From contig OX638162.1 in assembly GCA_951804945.1 (NCBI GenBank), forward strand, positions 55,366,001 to 55,430,000: a stretch of DNA of 64,000 nucleotides, written 5' to 3'. A program made the position numbers and the translations under genes. Origin of the DNA: Podarcis cretensis. Lineage: Eukaryota. Below the pieces are notes generated by a model. It had not been told where the DNA came from and searched no databases. It worked only from the letters and a program-made list of their open reading frames with translations. Positions 24,488-36,400 of this stretch are shown piece by piece; position 1 is the stretch's first letter, and each line of letters opens with the position of its first letter.

Positions 24488-27400
24488 GTATACATATATA
24501 TATATATACGTGTGTGTGTCTAAAATGAACTGGTATACTTCAATACTTTCCTCCCATAGCTTCTTATGCTTGTTGTGCTGACATGGGCAAGTCTGGACAC
24601 ATCAAGTACAACATCTGAGATTCAGAGTTTTAGTTTTGAGGTTGTCCTTGCTGATTCTTCAAGGAATGAAAGATAAGGTATTTGATGTCATATGCTTGGC
24701 GCTTGCAACGCTTTCTGATTTTAAAACTGATTATTTTAAAGAGCAGTTTTAATGTTGTATTTTAATCGTCTGCCAGATATTTTATAGTTCATATACTTTC
24801 ATATAGTCTGTACTTTGGGTTTCAAGTGATTCATAGGCTTCTAGAAAAAAATACGACGTTCAGAAAAGAACTTTGTCTTCATGCTGAAAAGCAGACTGCA
24901 GACACCTCGTATTAAGGCAGATTTGCTTTTTGGTTTCTCCAGAAAAGTACCGCTATTTGGTGAGTTGTAATGGTTAGAACTTGACTTATAAAGTACAAAC
25001 CTATTTTGTTGAAGCTACAAATAGATTTGAGGCACCCAGTTACAAATCTGTTCTTTAGAGAACTTGTGGCAGTTTGACAAATACTTTAGGGAAAAGGCAT
25101 ATACTTTAATGAATTTCAAATAGAAGTCAGAACTTAAAAGAATATGTGTTAGATGCTCCTCCAAAAACAGTCTAATAATGTTTTGTTTCAGGTACTTTGT
25201 ACTGTGTTTATCAGTCTGAAGAACAGATGAAAGAGCTGAATGTGATCCAAAATGAAGTATTTGATACTGTTTTAATTAATAGTCAGTTTTAGAAACCGTA
25301 GGCAAGAGCAGAGTGCACTGGAAGGGAGACAGCTAAGTGTGAGTAACAGATGGGGCATGGAGCATAAAATGACATAAAATATGCAAAGCTAAAGCTTCCT
25401 CAAGACAGCTTGGAAAATGTCTCCATCTTTCCTCCTCTTGAGTTTTCTTAGCATGGTGAAATTTAAAAGGCAGAAAGTTTAAATGTAGTAATGGACTCAG
25501 CCTTCCTTCCTTGACAGCAGATGAAGGGTACCAGTAATTGTTATCTGTATAAATTGTTTTGAATTTCTAACTGTCATTTGACCTCGACCAAGTCAGCTGC
25601 TCTTAGGGCAGCCTGATTTTTGAAGAAAGTCTGTGCTGTTTATTCTGTAGCTCCCAGAAGTGTACAAGATATGCTGCACCCTAGGACACCAAGGCTAATT
25701 TATATTTGTTTATTATATAGCTACTTCTTTATAACATTTATAGTCTGTGTTTCCAGTACAGAATACTCCTAGATCAGTAGTTGCAAATACAGTATTGTAG
25801 TGAAATCGCTCTCTCTCTCTCTTTTTTAAAGAAAAAGGGTTTCTGGCTCTTCCCGATGTGGTAGAAAGCCTTTGATGGGAAAGACTACCACAAAGCGCCT
25901 ACTTGCTGTTCTAGCAGTACACTTAAGCATTTAACAAAGATAAGACATAATTAGAAGATTTTCTTATGTCTATCCTGCAGAGGAGCATTGTGCTGTGTAA
26001 AGAGAAGCCTTTGTTTCCTGCAGCAACACACTTAACTGAATGGATGTTTAACTTGCATACACTGGATAAATTCAGTTAAAAACCTGATTTTATGGGTAGT
26101 TCTAAATTGGGTTAAGCTTTGTATAGTGTTATATTGAAAATATAATAAACATATGCAGGTAATTAATGTGGTTATGCCACTCTCATGGCTTTTATTTAGA
26201 TACAGCTCAGTTTAGTGAAAGAGGGATTAAAGTATGCAGGAATGAGCTTTGAATACTGTTAGTATACTAGATGTACTAGATGCAGGAGTCTTTGTTGCTG
26301 CTGTTAACTATCATAGGTTCCCCTCTAGAAAATGAATTCAACGGGACTTCTGTTTAAGATGTGCATAGGGTTGCAGCCTTGGAAACGTTGAAGGGGTCTT
26401 ACCTTGAGTGGTGGTGGGTCAGCTTTGTGTCCTGAAGGACTTCTGTGTGTACACAAGCCATTCTGCTTACTGCTAAATGTTTTTGACACCATGTTTGCTG
26501 TAGGAAGATAATCTGCAGGCCATTAGGCTGTACCTCATTGCTAAACTGGTGGGGAGGGGGGCAGAGTCCTGCTAGCATTCCGCTAGTCGAGAAAAGTCTT
26601 ACAATTATTCAGATGCTGCAGTGCAGTAGTCCTTGGTGCAGGATTCCCACTCTTCATAACATGTAAAGTGTGTGTGTGTGTGTTGTTGTTGTTTTTAAGC
26701 AAACATTCACACTTGCCAATGAAATCAAGTGCTACTGCGTGGGACAGCAATGCCTTCAGTATTCAAAAATTGTCAAATACTGCGGCCCTGTATTGTATAA
26801 GCCTATTCTTGCCTTTCTTTTTATTGTGAGGGATTGGGAAGGCAGGAAAAGGGAAGCAAAAGTCTGTTAAGAGCAGTTTATGAAATGTCTTTTTGTTGCC
26901 AGAGGGTGGGCCTGACTGTTCCCAAGAGGAGAAGTGAGCCATGGGAATATCTGGCTCGCTGGCAGTAGTAGCTGGCTGCTGTGGTTTGCCTAGTCATAGT
27001 GGAGTGCACATTTGAGAGAGGGGTTCTGCAAACAAGTGGGGAGGAGGGGTAGTAGTGGAAGAATGGTTTCAGCTCTGTTAACTGTAATTTTCCTGTAGGT
27101 TTGAAAACATACCTGATTTCTGGTTTGAAAGTGAAGGAGCCCCCCTGCAGCTGCTCACAGATGCTGCTTCCAGGTCTAGAAGCAGGAGACAGAAGCAAGT
27201 TACAGGGAACCTCATCAGCAGAGAATGTTGGCAACTTAGCAAAAGGTTTCAGACAGTTGGAAAAAAACAAGGTTTGTCAAATGTATTCTTCAAACTTCTA
27301 AGGGTTTTTAATCAGAAACTTGTTTGAGAAGCTTTCGTTGGGGACATTAAATAGTCACTTGGGTGGTTGGAGTAGAACTAGGAACACTGAATCCTTGAAG

Positions 27401-30400
27401 AAGGAGAAACAGAAAGATTTCATTCCTCATTTTATTGCTTATGAAGCCCTAAAATGAGAGAGGAAGCATACGGCGTGATAATAGCTAAAGTGGAGGGTTG
27501 GCTGCGAGGGACCTGGTTCAAACTCCCATTCTGCCATGAAGCTCCCCAGGTGGACAGTCTCAGTGCAACCCCCCTCACCGCAGCAGTGTTAGTGCGGAAA
27601 TGCTGCTTGGAGTTCCTTGGAGCAGGTGGCAAATGAAACAAGGGGGTGGCAGGAACTCTTGTTCTCGGGTCCTGATCCTTAAGTATGATTTGCGGCTTCA
27701 GATCCCCAAATGTATGTGGGAAGAGACACTTCTTTGCTGTGCGCAATTTGGTGTGCTCTTCCAAGCATTTGTTCCTAGCGCAATATTTGTTCCAGCTAAC
27801 CAGTCACTTTTCAGGGTTGCTTTTCTGATATCTGCAAGGGAAAAATAACTGATTGAAATTTTTGTGTGTGTGTTGCTTACAAAGTAAAGCAGGTGACAGA
27901 GCAGAAACCTTTTGGTTTTGTTTTAACATAAAAGCGTTCTTTAGCTTAAGTGCTGTGATGGTAGAGAAACAAGAGTCCATTGATTCTAATGCCTGCCTTA
28001 ATCATACCACTTAAACTTCCTCATAAAATTGTCAATAAATGTATCAAAAGCTTGAAAAAAAAGGGAGGACTCTGCCTCAAGGAGCTCGTAAGGAGGAGGA
28101 GGGGATGTCTGTTCCATTAAGCCAAAGCACATGCAAACTGAACTGAAACATTGTGTAAGGAACAAACTACCGTATTTTTCGCTCTATAACACGCACCCGA
28201 CCATAACACGCACGCAGTTTTTAGAGGAGGAAAATCCATAGGCATGCCACCCGTAGGCATTCCCTCCATAACACGCACAGACATTTCCCCTTACTTTCTA
28301 GGAGGAAAAAAGTGAGTGTTATGGTGCAAAAAATACGGTATATATTATTAATAATTTGCAATATATATTAACATTTTTAATATAAAAAATACTGGAGACT
28401 GGGTTCCCCACCCCTGTGCTGTTAACCACCCTGGCACCCTTTGGAGAGAAAGGGTGGGATATAAGTTTTTTTATTTGTTGACTAAAAACAATTGTGTGTT
28501 GGCAGGAGCTAATGGGAGCTGTAATAAAAACATCTGGGGTGCACCTTGCTGGTTAAGGGTGTTCCAGAGCCATTTCAAGTGCAGTCAGTAGCCCTGAGAG
28601 GCTTAGGTACAAATCCCATATTCTTTGCTCTAGATACTTGGTTCATCTTGGCCTGTATGAGCCTTCACAGGGTGGTGGGAGGGGTGAATAAATGAGATGC
28701 AAGGTTGTTATCAGCCTTGAGTTTGAGATGTAGGCAGGATGGGACATGCTTTCTGTATCAGCTGATGCATTTGTAGTTTGTAATTCATAGCAAGTCTGTT
28801 AAATATTTTCCTCATCCCTTTAGGCTATGGTTCTTTATGTGATTGTGTGTTTTCAGTAAAAAAAGGATATGATTATTTTCATCTGCAATTGCAGATCAAA
28901 TATTAAGGATTATGGCAGCGTGGCTGTCCTTCAAATTTATAATGAATCTTGAATAAGGTGTTTCAGTATAGCCCTGCAGTGTCAGAGACAGCTGCACACC
29001 ACATAGAGCTTCACCCTATATCTATGTCACATTAATGGATTTCTTCCTGGGGGTCATAATCCTCAGGAATTTAAAACATTCATAGAATTGTAGTGTTGGA
29101 AGGGATCCCAAAGGTCATCTATTCCAACCCCCTGCAATGCAGGAATCTCAATATATACATTACTACCATTAAACTTATTTCCAGAGGTTGGATTGGGCTA
29201 AAAAATGGTTTCAACCAATGGAAGTCAAATTTATCAACACAGGGAAAGTGTTTTTAATGGTTGATCTCTCAGAAATCAGCTTTTACTTCCAAATCTTATG
29301 TCTTGAAATTCAAACACAAATTATTTCTGTGTGGCAAAGGGTTGCAACAAAATACATCACTTTTAAGTGCCAAGCCCTGACTTGGTAAAGGAAAACCCCA
29401 TGAGCGTGCACAACGGGTGGGGTGGGGGAGCCATGCTTGTTGCATTACTACGAGGCTTTTCAGGTTTGAATGCTGCAGCCTGTGTATACATGAGCCAGAG
29501 GGCAGGCTGTGGGTAGCAGTGGAAGGGACTGAAAAAGAGAAATCTAATAATGATTTTGGGACAGTCACCTGTCAGGAATTTGGAGTGGGTTGATAACCCT
29601 TCCACAAAGGCAGCATTGATGAATGTCTGGAAGAAACAGAAGTTCAAGATCATACAAATAAGGACTTGTCTACACAAATAGAAAACCTGCGTCAGTAGAG
29701 AGGATTGATTGCCACTCCACATTCACTGGGTCCATTTGCACCAACTGCATTATTTTATAGCAAACCAAGTTACTAGAGAAACTGGTATAAGGGACCTCAC
29801 TCATTTGAAGCATCTGATTTTGGAGAATGAGCATTCAACACAAGGCTTTGTCTCCGAAATGTGTACTTTATTGTAAGTGACCTCCTTGGCTCTTTCTATC
29901 TATGGGACCAGCACGGGTGGCCGGGCCTGGTGAACTTTTAATTCCTCACCCCTATGGTTATGATTAGTGGGTTCCCACTTTATTTTATTTTGATTTTAAA
30001 TGTGACTTTAATTGGATTTTAAACTAATTGTTTGATTTTGTGTTTTTAATGTATTTATTTGATGTATGTATTTAATGTATTTGGCCCTGAGCCCGGTCTC
30101 GGCTGGGGAGATCAGGGTATAAATGTTGTTGTTGTTGTTGATGTTGTTGTTATTAAATGAAAAATTCATTTAGCTCATTGAAGGACTAACAGGGAGAATG
30201 GCATAGGGCAATCTATACAGGGATAGCAGCCTCTAAAGTCAACTTCTGCAATAGTTTGTGTCCTCATTGAAATAGATCACCACTGTAGGAGGTACCAGGG
30301 GTGGGTTTGAATTGTTGGACGGGTTGAGAACTAAGAGGCTCATTCATACCAGTCTGTTGGGAGTTTCTGAAGGTTGTCCCTTATTAGACCATGGTTTTCA

Positions 30401-33400
30401 AAGAAGTGGTGTTGGCGCAAAGCAAAATGTAGCACTCCTGACAGCTGACACATTTAAATATTTGTGGGGGTGGGGAATGAAGTTGTAATGCACAAATTTT
30501 TACTTTCATTTATGTTAATAGCTGCACAGATCAAAAGTGCAGCAAAATGACAGATGAACTAGCATTTGAAGTATAGTTCTGCAGACTCTGGAACTTTGCC
30601 CTGGCAGAGAAATTAACATTTAACATAAAAGTGGCCAAAGTCAAGGTTAAATCAATGAATTATTATGTTACCATTTTCAGAGTACATCAGTGTGCAGGCA
30701 GGCATTAGATGTGTCAAATGCATTTCTTAAACTCTGTGATAAACTCAGTTGCCTTACCCAGAAATGAAATATTGGAGACTGGGCAATAATTGGCCATAAT
30801 GTTTGGGTCCAGCAATTTTTTTTAAGAAGCTGTATAATAACTGCTGCTTTAAGGGTTTCAAGGAAGTAGGAAAGTATGCCATGCAACAAACATTTGGGGC
30901 CTTTCCAAATCAACTTGTTGATACACCAGAACCAATTTGACACTCGGGTTGATTGAGGTTTTATATTATAAAATGTGAAATAACTTCATCACTTGAGAGT
31001 CCATTCCTTTACTGGTTTTGAGGTTTTATGCTTCTCTAGTATTTTATATCCAAACCTTGCTTACACAATAAATCACTTGAATAGCCTGGAGCTTCTGTAA
31101 TGGTTGCCTGACTGGGCTGGTTTCTATAAACCACGGATGGTGTAACCTATGACACCCCCCTTCCCATCAAATGTTGTTGGACTCCAACTCCCTTCAGTCC
31201 CTGCCCACATGGCTAATGTTTAGGGGTGATGGGAGCTGTAGTCCAGCCATATCTGGAGGGCCACTGGTGTCCTGCCCCTGCTATAAACCATTGCAGCCGT
31301 GTGTGTGTGTGTGTGTGTGGTGCTTTTCTGAACAAGTACACCTTGTGAGGAAGGGGCTCTTGATACTGTGTGTCAACTGAGATCTTCCTCCTGGTCCCTT
31401 CTGGTGAGCTGGAAGGCGGGATATAAAAATAAGATAAATGATGAATTAGAGCTGCTTCTCTATCTTTTATGGAGCATGTTTTCAGCTTTAACATTCTGTA
31501 TCTGTGGCCGTGAGAACTAGAATCTGTTTTTCTTTTTTTTTTAAGCTGGCATTTCCATTATTCCAAACAGATTATCTAAGTACAAGTGCATTCACTGTAT
31601 TTTTGTTTAATTATAGTTAGGCTTCCATTAAGTTGTTATAGCTTTTCTCATATGTGATACTACTTTCCTTTACACTCAAGTGATTTTAATTCTATTCCCA
31701 AATATTCAAGGAAGGAAAAAGGACAACTAAGTGTGATGTGCAACCTGTTGGCAACATCCTGTGGACTGCATTTGAGAAACCTTTTGCCAAGAATCCTGAA
31801 ATTTATACAGATTGGACATGCTAAGATTTGCAATGTCAGTGCTATTTAAAAGAGACACATTAATCTTGCAGTGTTTTTCTCTTTTGGCTTCCAGACATGC
31901 CCTTCATGTAATACTACATTGGCATCTGCTTCTGCTGCAAGTATAGAGGAAGGAGCTATCCAAAATGGGGGCCAGGATGAACATAAAAACAGCACAAAGG
32001 TAACACTAATTTATCAGGTTGCATTCTTCTCTAGCTCCCCTGCCCCATTCATGTGGTAAGTCCAAGATTTGGAAACTCACTTAGGGTAGTCTCAAGAAAA
32101 AACTGACTTAACCACTGACATACAGAATTCCATTCTCAGAACTGATCTGTATACTTCCAGAAGTTGCACTTGGGTGCTTCAACCTGATGTGGTGTAACAC
32201 ATTAGAGCCAGCAACAAAGTTCCATGACTAGCCTTATCTAGCTTCCTCCAATCCATGTTTGTAGAAGAGTAAAAAAAATTTTAAGAACCCAGTGCTGGCC
32301 CAGGTATCAGATAAAGGGTGGCATAGGAATTTAATAAGTAAATAATAAATTGTAAAATAATGTTTGATCATGCCACTGATTTTGTGTGGAGCCAGTGTGC
32401 CTTAATTGGATAAGAGACCAATAAATCCTGTACTCAAATCCCCGTGAACATCACTAGCTAGTTTGGGGCAAAAAGTGTAGGTTGCACAGTGCTGTGAAAA
32501 TCTTTGATAGTATTACATAAGTTTTGCATAGAGATACATTGAAATTAATGAATATGGCTAAGTTAGGTCCATAAATTTCAGTAGTTCTACACTGCATAAA
32601 ATTTAGTTGAATACCATCCCTTCTGTTTCAGACAAGGGGTGTTTTGACTTGCAAAACAACAAATAATGTGCATAAAAATAATTTGCACTGTAAAAATATC
32701 CTGAAATTTTCTTCTGTCTTAATTGTTTGGTTCTGTTTACAAACCTGAAAATTGTTGAAAAAAGAAGCTTGCAGGCTTTCTCACTCCAAATTATAAACTG
32801 TTTGAGCTGAGGCAGTTTTTCTGTCAAAATTTCTTGAGGATGAACAATAGAATGGCACGATCACTCTGTCTCTTTGTGCTTTTGCCCCTCCTTTGATCTG
32901 AATCAGGGCCCTGGAGGATGCAGTCCCAAGTCCCAGAATGGTCTTCTAAGTCCTCCACAAGAGGAGAAGCTGAGCAACAGCCAAACATCCCTTTATGAAA
33001 TGTTGCAGGAGAAAGGAAGATGGGTTGGCGTGAGCTTGGACCAGTCACCACTTCTGCCACTGCGCTTCAAAAACATCAGGGAGAAAACGGACGCTCACTT
33101 TGTTGACGTGATAAAAGAAGACAGGTGAGAAAGATGGATGGGGTGGGGGGGAATCCCAGCTTCACATACACACTGGTGGGGTCTAAACTAGCAGCAACTG
33201 AATAGGAAAGGGGTATTGATCTCGTGGTGGATAGCTCAGTGGAAATATGGACCCAGTGTAGTGCATGGTAGTTGTGAAAAAAGCAAAATCCATGTTGGGG
33301 ATTGTTAGGAATGGGACTGAAAATTAAACTGCTGATATGTTACTGCTGTCATACAAATCTGTAGTGCAACCACACTCGGAGTGCTGTTTGTCGTTCTTGC

Positions 33401-36400
33401 CACCTCACCTCAGAAACAATGACTGTAGAGCTGGAAAAGAGTCAGAAAAGGGCAATCGGAATGATCAAGGGAAAGTTTGCAACATATGGTGCTTTTTAGT
33501 TTACCATTACGCAGGTACATAAGATTATGCATTGTGTAGAGAAACTGGGTAGACTTAAGTTTTCCCCAACCTCCCGTACGAAAACCCAGCAGAGTCATCA
33601 CACAGCACGCAGTTAAACTGGATTTCACTACCACGTGATATTGTGGCAGAAATCCACTTAGCTGTCTTTAAAATGGGATGAGGCAAGAAAATGTACTACC
33701 TTTGGGGAAACAGGCTTTGAATACCAGTTGCTGTGAAACAACACTGGGGAGAGGGCCCTCGTGTTCTCCTTTTGGCCCCTGTGGGAAATGGGATGTTGGA
33801 TTAAATCGCTGCTTGGTCTGATCCATCAGGGTTCTTCACATGTTCTTAAATAACTAGTCACAGTTTTTAAATAAGTATTTTCAGGAGGTGACTGTGAGCT
33901 TTGTCTAAGCAGCGCCTTGTTAGGTGGGCAGTTGGCCATGAGCATTCAAGCCCCCGCAAAGCAGCTGGTCTCTCCAGGGGTTTTGGTGTTTCTCCCCTGC
34001 TTTGACGAGGGCACCCTAGTGGGCACAGCAGCATCCCTGAGACCTGGTGTGATAGAGCGGCTGTGAGCATGAGTTGGGAGCAAAGTAGTTCCCAGTTCTA
34101 AATTCATGTTCTGCATTAACTTGCTAGGTTACTCATCTCTCAGCCTTTGTCCTCCATCTGCATGTGTGGATAATAATACTGGGCTACCTTACATGGGTTT
34201 TGCAAAGATGGTATGCAACATCTTAATCTTCCAGTAAGTTCTGCCGTTTGTGCATACCCCAACAGTTTGTGCAAATTGGGTTTACATTTTGCCGCACAGG
34301 CTTGCTCCCCATCTTAGTGTAAATGGAAATTATTATTCTGCCGCCCATCTGACTGGGTTGCCCCAGGCCCTCTGGGCAGCTTCCAACAAATTAAAACACA
34401 ATAGGTCTATGCATGAAGGAAGTAACATGCCACCTCATAACTTGCAGGACGTTAGTGCCATCCGTGGTGAGACTTTAAATCTGTAAATTGTCCAAGTCGT
34501 GTGTGCAGTCCTTGGGGACAACATGGGACAACATTTCCCATATAGAAGGGGGGTTGTCTCAGAAGTCGAGTTACCTGCAAGACATAGGTGGATCATTCTG
34601 CTGTCATGCTTCACCGTAATTGTATCTCCGCTGGAGGCTGGTAGTCCAACCACCTGCAATGCCAAAATCTCGGTTCCTTTTTGGGCAGTTACTGAACTTG
34701 ATGCCAGGATGCTTTAAGGATAGAGAACCATACGCTGTTGCAGGAACCATAGAATCATAGAGTTGTAGAGTTGTAACGGATCCCAAGGGTCCTTTGGCCA
34801 CCCCCCTGCAATGCAAGAATCTGAGAGGGAGCCAGTATGGTGTAGTGGTTAAGAGCGGGAGTCTCGTAATCTGGGGAACCGGGTTCGCATCTCCGCTCCT
34901 CCACCTGCAGCTGCTGGGTGACCTTGGGCCAGTCACACTCCTTTGAAGTCTCTCAGCCCCACTCACCTCACAGAGTGTTTGTTGTGGGGGAGGAAGGGAA
35001 AGGAGAATGTTAGCCGCTTTGAGACTCCTTAAAGGGAGTGAAAGGCGGGATATCAAATCCAAACTCTTCTTCTTCTTCCCTCAGCCAGTCCCTGCCTGCC
35101 TGCTTTCTTCACAGTCCAGCAGGTAGCACACACTGTCAGCTTCTTCCTCCTCCTCCTCCTCCTCTTCCTCTGTCTCAGTGTTGCTGTTACACAATCCAGT
35201 AGGGGGGAGGATAGGGACAAAATTAGAATTGGCTCTGTTTACCTGATGGAAATATTCTGAGCACTGCCTTTCTTCCTTGTGTGGACACAGATACCGAATA
35301 GTGAGAGACTAAGAGCAGTTGCTCAACCAAGAAGTAACCTGGAAATGGAACATTAGGAATTGTTTCTTCAAATGATAACTGTGCAGAAGTAAACTCTTTT
35401 CCATTCTTCCTCTAGCTTGATGAAAGACTATTTTTTTAAGCCGCCCATTAACAGACTGAGCCTGAACTTCCTGGATCAGGAATTGGAGATGAACTATAGG
35501 AGCAGCTATCAAGAAGAGGTGTGTTTGTGTGTGTTGTGTGTTGTGTATTGTGTATGTTCTGGTTGTCTCTGAGAAGCAAACTAATGAAGTGCTAATTTTT
35601 CATTTTTCACTGAAAAGTAGTCCTGGAGTGTTGCGTTTTGTAGTGGGAGGGGTGCTTTATCGTTGTCCTCTGCTCTTAATCTCACCCAGCCTGGTTACTT
35701 TTTTCCCAAGGTTCTGAATTCATACTTCTGAACATACATTTGGAGCTTTGTAGGAGGGGAGAGAGATGCTTTAACTCCTTCATGTCTGTGGCTTTTATGA
35801 GTTGTTTTGGAGGATGTGATGGTTTGTACTCGGTTCCTTTTTGGGCAGTTACTGAACTTGATGCCAGGATGGTTTAAGGATAGAGAACCATACGCTGTTG
35901 CAGGAACCATAGAATCATAGAGTTGTAGAGTTGTAACGGATCCCAAGGATCCTTTGGCCACCCCCCTGCAATGCAAGAATCTCAACTAAAGAATCCATGA
36001 CAGATGGCTATCCAACCTCTGCTTAAAAACCTCCAGTGAGTCCAAGGGAATCCATTCCACCGCTGAACAGCTCTTTACTGTCAGAAAGTTCTTCCTGATG
36101 TTGAGTCGGAATCTCCTTCCTTGTAACTTGAAGCCATGGGTTCGAGTCCTACCCTGGAGCAGGAGAAAATGAGCCTGCTCCATCTTTTGTGTGACAGCAC
36201 CTGAACATCCTTTATGTAGGCAAAAGATAGGACAAAGGTCCATCACACTGTAAAGGTTCTCCATCCTTAAACCATCCTGAACATGCACTGTTACCCTGGG
36301 GGAGTTTCTCAACAGTCATGGGAGCTTTGCCTCTTCTTAAATTGTTTGTAAGGTAGTTCCTAATATCCAGTCTAAATTTGCGTTGCTGAAATCCCTCGTG

